NCBI GenBank assembly: GCA_041678455.1
Contig: JBAYOH010000003.1
Coordinates: forward strand, 1-57,900
Direction: 5' to 3'
Length of the DNA: 57,900 nt
Source: Methanofastidiosum sp.
GTDB taxonomy: Archaea; Methanobacteriota_B; Thermococci; Methanofastidiosales; Methanofastidiosaceae
Shown here in pieces: positions 18,256 through 28,333 of this stretch. Below the pieces are notes generated by a model. It was not told the origin of the DNA and did no database searches. It saw only the letters and a list, made by a program, of their open reading frames with translations. The position numbers were made by a program, and so were the translations under genes. Position 1 is the first letter of the stretch; each line of letters begins with the position of its first letter.

Positions 18256-20014
18256 GCAGATGGTAAAATGGGAGCTTAGAAGGCTATTTAAAAATAGAAA
18301 ATTCAAAATAGCTTTTACCTTACAACTTCTTGTAATCCTCCTCATAATCCCTCTTTTTGGCAGCTATGTAAAGGCCCTTGAAGAAGGGGGATTTTTCAAT
18401 CTCTCCGTCGGTGGTAAAGGTTACCTCCCGATAGGGATCTCCTCTGAAAAAAACTCATTGACGAATATTATCTCAGAAAACAAAAGATTTGATATTGTAT
18501 GGGTGGAAGAAAAAGAGGGGCTCGAATTATTACGAAGCGGAAGGATTTCGGCCTTTTTAGTTATAGAAAAAGAATTTGAAGATAAAATCAGAAGCTATAG
18601 ATCCTCGACAGTTGAAGTATATATGAACAATCAGAACCCAAAGGGGGTATCTGCCTATTCTGAGCTAAACATCATACTGCTTGGTTTTAGGGATGGGGCT
18701 ATAGAGGCCAGAATCAGAGAGTTATCGATTGCAGAACCCAATATAGAACTTGTTTCTCAATCACCCACAAACAACAACGCATCACCCCAAAATCAAACTA
18801 CTCAAAACACAACGCAACAGCAGACCATAGAAGATGTAACAGATATCCCAGATAGACCTTCTAATTTCCAAGAGCAGATAGAAAGAACAAGGAAATCATT
18901 TGAGGACGAGCAAGGGGGTTACATAGTCCTTCTAGTCCTTCTTATGCCTCTGTTTTTAAGTGGGGGGATGCTAATTGATTTACTTATATCTGAAAAAGAG
19001 AGGAGAACTGGGGAAATGCTTTTGGCGCTCCCCATGAAAAGGGAAGAAATATTCTATTCAAAATTTATCTCTATCCTAGCTATAATATTGTTCCAGCTTT
19101 TATTCTGGGTGATCACCCTCTACTATTTTGGAAGGGTGGCAAATCCCCTAATTATCCTGCCACTTACAATAACGGCAATACTGCTTCTAAGCATAACAGG
19201 ACTGATTGGGGTCTATTCAAAAAACTACAAGGATTCGGCCCTAATTGTCACGGTAACTTTTATCCTGCTATTTTTCTTGCTTTTTGGTACGTCCACTCTG
19301 TATGTTGCAGGCCTAAAGGATGCCGCAGCTATATCTCCACTGTCTCTTGTTATAGCAATTGAAAACGGCACATACTCGTTGAAAGAAGCGGCCATTTCAA
19401 TATTGCCGTCCCTTAGCTTTTCCATTATTCTAATTTATTTGTCCACCGTTCTTTACAAAAAAGATGAATTTTATTTTGGCCCTAGGCCCAGCATATCTGA
19501 CCTTGTCTTTGAATTTGCCGGCAAACTGAGATTAAAGGACATAGTTTTTAGCCCTTACTTAATAGCCCTTATCCTTGGATTTATTGCAATTTTTATATCG
19601 ATAATCTTTGAGATATTCTTCGGGATTATCGCCCTCTATTTCACAGAATCAATATTTGCCATACTTTTTCTCTGGGCAATTATAGAAGAGCTCTCAAAAA
19701 GTATAGGTGTTTTTTCAGCTGAAAGATATTTCCCGCTGAAATGGCATGAAGGGATTCTAGCCGGTATGACATCTGGCCTTGGATTTTCTCTTCTTGAGAA
19801 TATTATCTTCACAGCCTTTACACTTAATCTGTTCCCAGATTATGCGCTTAGGGTGTTTGTCATGAGAACTTTTCTTTCAGGTGGCATTCATATTGTTTCA
19901 ACAGGCGTTATCGGGATAGGGATTAGTGAAAGAAAGTATATGGTGCCTGCATTTCTCGCAGGTATCATGATCCACTTTATCTATAATATTACTGTACTTT
20001 GGGGGGCGCTATGA
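18248..20014 (+). CDS. ABC-2 (NatB-like) permease fused to a PrsW-family intramembrane protease
   Basis: EKERRTGEMLL permease motif; C-terminal EELSK, GFSLLEN, H, HFIYN PrsW motifs. Confidence 0.82.
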   Translation: MIEQMVKWELRRLFKNRKFKIAFTLQLLVILLIIPLFGSYVKALEEGGFFNLSVGGKGYLPIGISSEKNSLTNIISENKRFDIVWVEEKEGLELLRSGRISAFLVIEKEFEDKIRSYRSSTVEVYMNNQNPKGVSAYSELNIILLGFRDGAIEARIRELSIAEPNIELVSQSPTNNNASPQNQTTQNTTQQQTIEDVTDIPDRPSNFQEQIERTRKSFEDEQGGYIVLLVLLMPLFLSGGMLIDLLISEKERRTGEMLLALPMKREEIFYSKFISILAIILFQLLFWVITLYYFGRVANPLIILPLTITAILLLSITGLIGVYSKNYKDSALIVTVTFILLFFLLFGTSTLYVAGLKDAAAISPLSLVIAIENGTYSLKEAAISILPSLSFSIILIYLSTVLYKKDEFYFGPRPSISDLVFEFAGKLRLKDIVFSPYLIALILGFIAIFISIIFEIFFGIIALYFTESIFAILFLWAIIEELSKSIGVFSAERYFPLKWHEGILAGMTSGLGFSLLENIIFTAFTLNLFPDYALRVFVMRTFLSGGIHIVSTGVIGIGISERKYMVPAFLAGIMIHFIYNITVLWGAL

Positions 20015-21090
20015 GAAAAGAAGTAATCTATCTTGCAGAAAAGGAGCTCAAGGACATATTGAGAGAAAAGGTCTACATACTTGCATTTTTACTGCAGCTA
20101 TTCATAGTAATTGGTATAGTCTTGATTGGAACATCCTACGCATATATCCAAACTTATGTTGATGATCCAAATAGCCAAGGTACATTTTTAGTTTACTCTG
20201 AAGTTGAAGGGTTTCCTAATTACTTAAACGATGAATCGATTAAGAGTGTTGTTTTAAGAGATCAAGAGTTTACCGGAGCCCTTCCTATAAATATCGATGG
20301 CGTTATTTGGGCGCAAGGCGATAATTCTATCAAAGTACTACTAAAAAACCCCTTAAACTTTGGAGATCTATCGGAGCCAATTAGAAGGGCATACCTAAAG
20401 GCAAAACTAAAGGGTGAGCTCCCTGATGAGACCTTAAATCCCATCTCGATTAAGATATATCCTAAAAACTATACATATACCCTATCAGACCTATTCTTTG
20501 TTGAGATAATGCAGACGCTTCTAATCCCGCTCATCCTGCTCCTGCCAATATTTCTTTCTATGAACATATTGTCTGATTCTATAGTTGGAGAAAAAGAAAG
20601 AAAGACTTTTGAAATATTGCTTGCTTCGCCGTTAAAAAGAATAGAAATCATCCTCGGTAAGATACTGCCAACTTTTGCAATCTCAATTGTCCAGGTAATA
20701 ATATGGGTGCTAGTCCTAAGCGCCAGAGGGATCTCAATTTTCAATATACCTCTTCTATTAGTCTTCCTCTCAATAATCATGTTGCTCTTATTTTCAATTT
20801 CCATAGTCTTTTCAAATATTTCCTCAAATATTACGGAGTCAAACCTTTTCCTCACACTTTTCATGATGATTGTGACCCTCGTTATGTTCGTACCAATACC
20901 TTTAGAAAATCCAATATTAAAAGAGGTGCTTAGCTACTCCCCAATTATCCCCTTAATCAAGATAGCCTCTAACCCCTCTATTGATTTATTGGAAATTGGG
21001 AAGTACATGGCTATTTATTTGGGGCTTGCTTTGATCTCGCTATTTATTGCCCTAAAAGGGATCGCTAAAGATGAAAATATACGGCTATAA
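20011..21090 (+). CDS. ABC-2 permease
   Basis: SIVGEKERKTFEILLASP, GKILP; ATGA overlap. Confidence 0.85.
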   Translation: MRKEVIYLAEKELKDILREKVYILAFLLQLFIVIGIVLIGTSYAYIQTYVDDPNSQGTFLVYSEVEGFPNYLNDESIKSVVLRDQEFTGALPINIDGVIWAQGDNSIKVLLKNPLNFGDLSEPIRRAYLKAKLKGELPDETLNPISIKIYPKNYTYTLSDLFFVEIMQTLLIPLILLLPIFLSMNILSDSIVGEKERKTFEILLASPLKRIEIILGKILPTFAISIVQVIIWVLVLSARGISIFNIPLLLVFLSIIMLLLFSISIVFSNISSNITESNLFLTLFMMIVTLVMFVPIPLENPILKEVLSYSPIIPLIKIASNPSIDLLEIGKYMAIYLGLALISLFIALKGIAKDENIRL

Positions 21091-21173
21091 AAATTAGTTT
21101 CAAATTACCCGATCCTAAAAAAAGTATAGAATAATTTTATAAACATTAGAAACACTATGGATTTGGTGCTTAT

Positions 21174-21503
21174 TTGAAAGAAGTAAGAGTTGAAGATATT
21201 CAGAAGGAAATAGAAAAAGATATTGAAATGGGAAAAAAGATGGTAGATGAAGGAAAGAGGCTTTTAGAAGAAGGAAAGTACAAGCTCAATGAAAGTAAGT
21301 CGAGGATCATAGAGTTGGGGGATGAGGCAGGGGAAAAACTAAAAGATTTTGAAGAGAAACACAGAGAAGAAGTTGACTACATAGTGAAAGAATCTGAAAA
21401 GGCCCTCCAGGAAACAGAAATATTTATCAGAAAATACCCAATTATGAGCGTATTCGCAGCTTTAGGATTTGGATACCTTCTAGGTAAACTAATGAGAAAG
21501 TAA
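21174..21503 (+). CDS. DUF883/ElaB-YqjD-like tail-anchored protein
   Basis: Charged helix then IRKYPIMSVFAALGFGYLLGKLMRK. Confidence 0.7.
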   Translation: MKEVRVEDIQKEIEKDIEMGKKMVDEGKRLLEEGKYKLNESKSRIIELGDEAGEKLKDFEEKHREEVDYIVKESEKALQETEIFIRKYPIMSVFAALGFGYLLGKLMRK

Positions 21504-21511
21504 GTGGGACA

Positions 21512-21847
21512 ATGATAGAAACAGCACCTCTAAACAAACTCATTGAATTACTGGTAAAGTATATTGGAGTCTACGTAAAACAGGGCGCCTCCGATGCTAT
21601 CGAAGAAGCGATAAAAGAGCCCATGAATAGACTCACGAAAACTATTTTCTTGGTTGCTGGGTCCGCTATACTCGTTTTCTCAGGTGTCATAGCTCTTTTT
21701 ATTTCGCTAGTATTCTTCTTGAAAAATGTTCTTGGTAGTTATTTGATGGCCTTTTTAATTGTCGGGATAATACTAGTCATTGGAGGGGCGATAGTAGGAT
21801 ACGGAGGATATACTTATGGGAGAAAGGATAGAAAGGCAAGACATTGA
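21512..21847 (+). CDS. Two-TM protein, DUF1469/holin-like (YqjE type)
   Basis: Two hydrophobic helices, basic C-tail, position after DUF883. Confidence 0.55.
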   Translation: MIETAPLNKLIELLVKYIGVYVKQGASDAIEEAIKEPMNRLTKTIFLVAGSAILVFSGVIALFISLVFFLKNVLGSYLMAFLIVGIILVIGGAIVGYGGYTYGRKDRKARH

Positions 21848-22076
21848 AAAATTATTAAAAGAAATAAAGATTAGGATGGGCTCTGAAGACGATCTGTTAG
21901 GGATCATTGAAAAGCACCCGATAGCTGTCCTTCTCGTTGCTTTTGGAACTGGTATTATTCTATCACAATTAGATGAATACCTGATTGAAAAAGTAGAAAC
22001 TGGAAAAAGCTGCCCCGCAATTGAAGGAATTATGAAGGTTGGACTTCCTTTAATAATGAAAAAATTTATTAGATAG
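21816..22076 (+). CDS. Small membrane protein (YqjK/DUF883-like)
   Basis: EKHPIAVLLVAFGTGIILS. Confidence 0.55.
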   Translation: MGERIERQDIEKLLKEIKIRMGSEDDLLGIIEKHPIAVLLVAFGTGIILSQLDEYLIEKVETGKSCPAIEGIMKVGLPLIMKKFIR

Positions 22077-22077
22077 A

Positions 22078-22617
22078 TTACCGGTCAAAATAAATGCTCT
22101 TGCTTGAAACAGATAGCGGGATCCCCAGGACTACATCACCTTCAATGAGTTGCATCTCCATCGCTGTTGCACCGATGGAATACATTATCCTGTTATCAAG
22201 ATTTAATATCTGAGCAGTCTTTGATGCGCTGCCAAGTGCTATACCAAGGTCTACCAGAGCAAACGCACAAACAGGTGCAAAATAATCATTAATTTTTTTC
22301 TTTTCCGGGATTGTGGTGCAGTTATACCCACACATACCACAATCTAGACCAAGAGGCGGCTTTGCAATTGCACCGATAAGGACTATTGCATCCGATTCTA
22401 ATACATTCTTTGAATCTCTCTGGAAAAATTTTAGGCCTTTTTTATCCCCATATACTTTCATTTTTTCAACTAGCTCTCTGTGATCCTTACTACCTTTGAA
22501 GATTGTTTTTGTTACTATATCGTCTACCCCTTTGCCTTTGGGCGCTGTAATTGCTGCTATTTCAATAAGGCCAGCGGCCATCTTTATACTTTCATTTATT
22601 TCTGCTGCCACATCCAC
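22078..22617 (-). CDS. DUF2148 ferredoxin-domain protein
   Basis: TAPKGKG, DCGMCG, DLGIALGSA, LDNRIMYSIG. Confidence 0.8.
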   Translation of the reverse strand: MDVAAEINESIKMAAGLIEIAAITAPKGKGVDDIVTKTIFKGSKDHRELVEKMKVYGDKKGLKFFQRDSKNVLESDAIVLIGAIAKPPLGLDCGMCGYNCTTIPEKKKINDYFAPVCAFALVDLGIALGSASKTAQILNLDNRIMYSIGATAMEMQLIEGDVVLGIPLSVSSKSIYFDR

Positions 22618-22620
22618 ACC

Positions 22621-23034
22621 TCAAAAGTTCTCAAGTATGCTTATACTATTAGATTTCAAAACGTCTATCGACTTCTTTAGGTCACTTACTTTTAGGATCA
22701 ATATGGCCTTTTTTTCTATCTTAGTTATAAATGCATAAGCGTATTCGATATTAATTGAAGCCTCGCTTAACAGAGTGGCTATTAGCCCCATGGACCCAGG
22801 CTTATCTTCCATGAGAACCCCTAGAACTTCTCCTTTTCTAAAGGACATCCCTGCGTCTTTTAAGAGCTTAGTCGCTTTTTCATTATTGTCTGTTATCATC
22901 CTTACAAGACCAAATTCTCCAGCCTCAACTAGCTGTAAAGCCCTGATATCAACGCCGTTTTTCCCAATAATATTACAAAGCTCTGCAAGCCTCCCAGGCC
23001 TATTGTCAATAAAAACACTTATCTGCTCTACCAT
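22621..23034 (-). CDS. Double ACT-domain protein
   Basis: QISVFIDNRPGRLA, EDKPG, NIEYAYAF. Confidence 0.88.
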   Translation of the reverse strand: MVEQISVFIDNRPGRLAELCNIIGKNGVDIRALQLVEAGEFGLVRMITDNNEKATKLLKDAGMSFRKGEVLGVLMEDKPGSMGLIATLLSEASINIEYAYAFITKIEKKAILILKVSDLKKSIDVLKSNSISILENF

Positions 23035-23042
23035 TTCAACAC

Positions 23043-24323
23043 CTACATATCCTTTCTTAAATCAATTACTCTTTTTGCTTTACCCTCAGGCCTTGGTATC
23101 TGGCCTGGCTCGACTAGTTCAACATCGACGCTTAAGCTCAGCATCTCAAAGAGCCTTTTCTTGATTTCTTTTTCAAGTGATATAAGTTCTGATATACTAT
23201 CTGAGAAAATTTCGTTTGTAACTTCAACTTTTATCATCAGGCAGTCTAAAATGTCTCTATCGACTATAATCTGATAATGGTCGCCAACGCCTTTTAATGC
23301 CATTAGAACCTCTTCTATCTGACTTGGGAAAATATTGACCCCTCTGACTATTAACATATCATCGCTCCTTCCAGTAATCCTTCCAATTCTAGGATGCAAT
23401 GAGCCACAGGCACATTCTTCCCATGTTATCCAAGATAAATCTTTTGTTCTATACCTCATGACTGGCATTGCCTCTCTCTGTAGTGTTGTGAAAACTAGCT
23501 CGCCTTTTCCCTCGCCATCTACATCTACCTTATTCCCATCTTTATCAATTGTCTCGACAATAAAGTGGTCAGACCATGTGTGAAGCCCGTTATGCTCAGA
23601 GCACTCGATACCGACACCAGGTCCGCAAAGTTCAGTGAGCCCGTATATATCAAAGGCTTCAAGGCCAAGACCTTTTTCTATCCTCTTCCTCATATTTTCC
23701 GACCAGGGCTCTGCACCAAATACCCCCCTCTTTAAAGATAGCTCATCAAGTTTTAGGTCATTAGCTTTGATAACTTCTGAAAGCATCAAAGCATAGGATG
23801 GTGTGCAGGCAAGTGTAGTTGTTTTCATGTCTTTTAGTATCTTAATCTGCTTCATTGTGTTTCCACTGCTTGTTGGGATTACTGCAGCACCCAATCTTTC
23901 TGCGCCGTAATGAAGCCCCAGACCCCCTGTGAATAGCCCGTATCCATAGCTAACTTGAACTAAATCTTTATGGGTTGCACCAACTGTTTCAAGGCATCTC
24001 TTATTTAATTCTGCCCATAATTCTACATCTCTCTTCGTATATGGCACCACCGTTGGAACACCGGTCGTACCTGAAGAGGAATGGAATCTTACAACATTAT
24101 CAATGGGCGTAGCTATCAAGCCATATGGATAGTGATGCCTAAGGTCTGCTTTAGATAGAAAAGGAAGTTTTGATATATCGTCCAATCCTTTGATATCTTC
24201 AGGTTTTACACCTGCTTCTTTCATTTTTTGTTTGTAGTAAGGGAGATTGTCCCATGAATATTTGACATTTTTAACAAGGAGCTTTCCTTGGGATTTTCTT
24301 ATTTCCTCGATCTTTTTTTGCAA
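23043..24323 (-). CDS. paaK: Phenylacetate-CoA ligase family
   Basis: HSSSGTTG, YGLFTGGLG, FGAEPW, YGLTE, RYRTKD, GRSDDM. Confidence 0.9.
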   Translation of the reverse strand: MQKKIEEIRKSQGKLLVKNVKYSWDNLPYYKQKMKEAGVKPEDIKGLDDISKLPFLSKADLRHHYPYGLIATPIDNVVRFHSSSGTTGVPTVVPYTKRDVELWAELNKRCLETVGATHKDLVQVSYGYGLFTGGLGLHYGAERLGAAVIPTSSGNTMKQIKILKDMKTTTLACTPSYALMLSEVIKANDLKLDELSLKRGVFGAEPWSENMRKRIEKGLGLEAFDIYGLTELCGPGVGIECSEHNGLHTWSDHFIVETIDKDGNKVDVDGEGKGELVFTTLQREAMPVMRYRTKDLSWITWEECACGSLHPRIGRITGRSDDMLIVRGVNIFPSQIEEVLMALKGVGDHYQIIVDRDILDCLMIKVEVTNEIFSDSISELISLEKEIKKRLFEMLSLSVDVELVEPGQIPRPEGKAKRVIDLRKDM

Positions 24324-24450
24324 TGAATCCCTCCAAGAAAATTATAACTGAACACGACCTCTTAATTTGAGTATATATTTTTATCGTATCGCTTATGGTT
24401 GATTAGACAAAGCTTTTAAAAAAGCTTGCTGTCAGAAATTAAGAGAACAT

Positions 24451-24942
24451 ATGTCAGAACAAAATCTTATTCCTTTTAAGGTAAAAAAAAACTTTAGTCT
24501 GTCTAGCAAGGCCTACGAAGAAGGAAGGGATTATGAACTTCATTTCTTAGAAGTTGAAGTTTTAATTAATGAAGGGTTAGTGGATATAATACCCTTAAAC
24601 TCAGTAAATTATAGGAAAATGTTAAAGGAAGAGGGCTCCACAGAAAAAATGTTAGAACTAGGTGACAACTTTTATGCATTTGCACGTATATCCCAACGAT
24701 ACCTAAGAGAGCAGAGCAATATATCAGAAATGGATAAAAAGGTGTATAGTGACAGCGCTGCTGCTTTAAGGAACTTCCTTAGATTTAGGGCTGAAAAGAT
24801 CTTAAAGGCGCTGTTAATTGAAAATCAAAAAATTGAAGTTCATGAATCAGAATTAATTTTCAGTTCACTTATTGGTGAAGAGATATCAAATTGGATAAGG
24901 TTTAACGAAGACATCATAAAGGGAGAAAAACATGAAATATAG
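24451..24942 (+). CDS. GINS subunit, Gins23-type (B-A domain order)
   Basis: N-terminal beta B-domain, FY and RxxKI helical motifs; overlaps mcm. Confidence 0.7.
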   Translation: MSEQNLIPFKVKKNFSLSSKAYEEGRDYELHFLEVEVLINEGLVDIIPLNSVNYRKMLKEEGSTEKMLELGDNFYAFARISQRYLREQSNISEMDKKVYSDSAAALRNFLRFRAEKILKALLIENQKIEVHESELIFSSLIGEEISNWIRFNEDIIKGEKHEI

Positions 24943-26989
24943 CTACGAAGAAGTTGTTGATAGATTCAAGGAGTTCTATGAAGCTTATCCTGATGTAAGT
25001 GAGCCAAAGTACAAAAAGCTAATAGACAAAATGAAGATGGAAGGGAAGAGCTCCCTTTATATCCATTTTGATGATATTATTGATTTTGATTTTGATCTCT
25101 CCGAGCAACTTTTGAAGGAACCAGAACATATATTATCGGGGCCAAGTGTAGCTTTAAAGGAAGTCTATGGTGCTGAAACTGATAGAAGGCTAACGGCCAG
25201 ATTTACTAGTTTGCCATCAACTGAGAGGATCGATATCAGGGATATCAGAGCAGTACACATCAATAAATTTATCCAAGTTGAAGGTGTGGTAAGGAGAACT
25301 ACAGAAGTTAAACCTGAAGTAATCGAGGCTATGTTTAGTTGTGAGAGATGTGGAGAATATATTACTATTATGCAAGATTCGCCGACTTTTAAAACTCCTG
25401 TCACTTGTACAAACCCAGCTTGTGGCAGAAATGGCCCTTTCAAGCTGGTAAAGGCTTATTCGAAGTTTGTTGATTGGCAGAATATAAAGATCCAAGAGAA
25501 GCCCGAAAAACTAAAAGGAGGCCGATTGCCCTGGATCATGGACTGCATAATCAAGGACGATATAGTTGATACCGCTCAGGCTGGAAATGTGGTGAATATA
25601 GTCGGTATTTTAAAAACAGTTCAGGAACATTGGCCCAAGGGCGGAGGCAAGAAAACGACCTTCAATAAATCTATAGAAGTGAACAGCATTGAGATAAAGG
25701 AAAAGGATATCCAGGACTTAGAAATATCCGAGGAAGATGAAGAAAAAATATTGGAGCTAGCTTCTGATCCTAAAATTTGTGAAAATATAACAAATTCTAT
25801 TGCCCCTTCAATTTTTGGAAATCAGCATGTGAAGTATGCTGTTGCATTGCAAATGTTCTCAAGTGAGGCAAGAGTCCTCCCTGATAGGACAAGAATAAGA
25901 GGGGATTCACATATACTCCTTGTTGGTGACCCTGGAGTTGCCAAATCACAGATTCTTAAATATATTAATCTTGTTGCGCCAAGATCTATTTATACAAGCG
26001 GTAAAGGAACTTCTGCTGCCGGACTTACTGCTGCCGTAATAAGGGATGAAAACTCAGGTAGCTTTGCCCTTGAAGCAGGAGCCCTTGTTATTGCAGACAA
26101 TGGTATTGCCTGTATAGATGAAATTGATAAAATGTCCAATGAAGACCGTTCATCAATTCACGAGGCTATGGAACAACAAACTATTTCAATTGCTAAAGCA
26201 GGTATTATTGCAACTTTAAACGCAAGGGCTTCCATACTTGCAGCTGCAAATCCAAAGCGAGGAAGATTCGATAACTATAAGCCGCTTGGGGAACAGATAG
26301 ACCTTTTACCCACCCTCCTCTCAAGGTTTGACTTGATTTTCATATTGACAGATAAACCTAAGGAAAGCGATGATAAAAAAATTGCAGAGCACATATTAAA
26401 ACTTCATTCGAATGAAAAATATTCAATAATGCCGTTATTGGAAACTGAGGATATAAGGAAATATGCCATCTATTCAAAGAAGACCATTAAGGAAATAACT
26501 TTAACAGACGAAGCGAAAAACAGGCTTCTAGAGTTTTATATCAGTATTAGGAAAAAGGGTGAAGAAAAAAATACCCCTATCCCGATTACCGCAAGGCAAC
26601 TTGAATCCTTGATAAGGTTATCAGAGGCAAGGGCCAGGATGAGATTATCAAATAAAGTTATGGTAGAAGATGTTGAGGATATTGTTCAGTTGTACATGAA
26701 ATCAATTGAGGAGATAGGCAAAGATCCAGAAACTGGAGAGATAGACATAGACATGATTATGACCGGCAGGCCAAAATCCCAGAGGGATAAAATAACTGTA
26801 ATAATGGAGATTATTTCTAATTTAGATAAGAAGAGTAACAATGAAGGTGCACTTACAAGTGAAGTCTATGAAGAAGCAAGGGTAGAAAACATCAGTGATT
26901 CGTTTACCCGTAAGATAATTGATGAGTTAAAACAGAAGGGAGACGTATATGAGCCAAGGCCAGATAGGCTAAAATTGACTCTGTTATAA
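24932..26989 (+). CDS. mcm: Replicative helicase MCM
   Basis: C4 Zn finger, GDPGVAKS, IDEIDKM, SRFD, ITARQLE; no intein. Confidence 0.97.
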   Translation: MKYSYEEVVDRFKEFYEAYPDVSEPKYKKLIDKMKMEGKSSLYIHFDDIIDFDFDLSEQLLKEPEHILSGPSVALKEVYGAETDRRLTARFTSLPSTERIDIRDIRAVHINKFIQVEGVVRRTTEVKPEVIEAMFSCERCGEYITIMQDSPTFKTPVTCTNPACGRNGPFKLVKAYSKFVDWQNIKIQEKPEKLKGGRLPWIMDCIIKDDIVDTAQAGNVVNIVGILKTVQEHWPKGGGKKTTFNKSIEVNSIEIKEKDIQDLEISEEDEEKILELASDPKICENITNSIAPSIFGNQHVKYAVALQMFSSEARVLPDRTRIRGDSHILLVGDPGVAKSQILKYINLVAPRSIYTSGKGTSAAGLTAAVIRDENSGSFALEAGALVIADNGIACIDEIDKMSNEDRSSIHEAMEQQTISIAKAGIIATLNARASILAAANPKRGRFDNYKPLGEQIDLLPTLLSRFDLIFILTDKPKESDDKKIAEHILKLHSNEKYSIMPLLETEDIRKYAIYSKKTIKEITLTDEAKNRLLEFYISIRKKGEEKNTPIPITARQLESLIRLSEARARMRLSNKVMVEDVEDIVQLYMKSIEEIGKDPETGEIDIDMIMTGRPKSQRDKITVIMEIISNLDKKSNNEGALTSEVYEEARVENISDSFTRKIIDELKQKGDVYEPRPDRLKLTLL

Positions 26990-26999
26990 GGAGGTCTTA

Positions 27000-27383
27000 A
27001 TGTACAACAGAGGGAGAAACTCAGAAGTATCATTGGTAAAGAAATTATGGGAAAACGGATATGCCGCCCTTAGAATGCCTGGTTCTGGGAGGGGGCAGCT
27101 ATACCCTCATCCTGATATTATCGCAGGTAATGGCAAGAAATATCTTGGGATAGAAGTAAAGATAAGGGCTGAGGAAAGATGTTATTTCAAAGATGAAGAT
27201 GTTGAAAAGCTAAAGGAGTTTTGTACTACTTTTGGCGCTGTGCCATATTTTGCAGTGAGATTCGTCAGAAGATGGCGTTTTTATGAAGTAAAAGATTTAG
27301 AAAAAACACCAAGCGGATATAGGGCTTCGTTTGAAAAAGGTCAGGAATTCTCTAAGGTCATAGGAGAAGAAAATGATCGTTAG
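27000..27383 (+). CDS. hjc: Holliday junction resolvase Hjc
   Basis: G..E..L...GYAALRMPGSG, PDIIAG, IEVK. Confidence 0.9.
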   Translation: MYNRGRNSEVSLVKKLWENGYAALRMPGSGRGQLYPHPDIIAGNGKKYLGIEVKIRAEERCYFKDEDVEKLKEFCTTFGAVPYFAVRFVRRWRFYEVKDLEKTPSGYRASFEKGQEFSKVIGEENDR

Positions 27384-27807
27384 GAATGTAGGGCCAGACG
27401 ATATATACACAGTTATAGATTTAGAATACCAAAATTTTGAGTATCCTTACCCGCCCGATGTAATAAACTTTCTATATGAATTCCACAGAGATACTTTTCT
27501 TGTTGTAGAAAATGACAAAGTTGTTATTGGGTTTGTCATTGGTATAGTGCAGAAAAGAGAAGGGCATATACTAGTAATTGCAATAAGAGATGATTACAAA
27601 AAAAAAGGTGTGGGAACATTTCTTATGAAAAAATTGATCGACGTCTACAAGAAAAAAGGTATAACTCGATTAAAACTTGAAGTTAGGGCCAGCAATGTTG
27701 CGGCACTATCAATGTACAGAAATCTTGGATTTAAGATTACTAACAGATTAAAACATTACTATGAAAACGGAGAAGACGGGTTACTTCTAAGAAGAGAAAA
27801 TCTTTAA
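27373..27807 (+). CDS. rimI: RimI/Ard1 N-acetyltransferase
   Basis: HILVIAI...KKGVG, LEVRASN, YYENGEDG. Confidence 0.88.
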   Translation: MIVRNVGPDDIYTVIDLEYQNFEYPYPPDVINFLYEFHRDTFLVVENDKVVIGFVIGIVQKREGHILVIAIRDDYKKKGVGTFLMKKLIDVYKKKGITRLKLEVRASNVAALSMYRNLGFKITNRLKHYYENGEDGLLLRRENL

Positions 27808-28055
27808 GTTTGCTTTTCCTTACCAACGTATTTAATCTTTTTTAGCGGTCCTTCGTAGTAAATCTCAATTTCTTTTTCAAGATATTCGTAAAGGTATCTC
27901 TCTACAGTGCTTCTAGGGATTCTTGTTTCGTTTACAAGTTCTTGGATAAAGTAATCTTTACCTGATTTTGTCCTTTCTTTAAGAAGATTTCTAATAAAAT
28001 CAATTCTCTCGTTTCTCAACTCAAACTGTTTTCTCCAACCCACATTTATCACCAT
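27804..28055 (-). CDS. Small wHTH-like protein
   Basis: ELVNETRIPRSTVERYL HTH pattern. Confidence 0.55.
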   Translation of the reverse strand: MVINVGWRKQFELRNERIDFIRNLLKERTKSGKDYFIQELVNETRIPRSTVERYLYEYLEKEIEIYYEGPLKKIKYVGKEKQT

Positions 28056-28333
28056 CGATTACATATATTGAACGATTAATCTTTAGTTATTAATATTTAG
28101 TTACTCTTACTATATAAAGTTTTCGGTAATTAAAATTAATAATTGAGATTTAATATAGTATTTCATTGGTCAATAAAACTAAGTATAATGAATAACATTA
28201 AAAAATAAATATCAATTTTATTGATAAACAATAGAAAAAATCAAAAACTAATTTAAAATATTCTTTTCAAAAAATTCAGCAGATACCCAAAAGATTTATT
28301 TAGGGCTTGTATATCTGTTCGTTCGAGGATAAC

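Noticed and set aside
21512-21847. Holin as evidence of a provirus
   Set aside because: No viral genes nearby; this family occurs in cellular DUF883 operons
24932-26989. Intein in MCM
   Set aside because: 685 aa with contiguous motifs and no insertion
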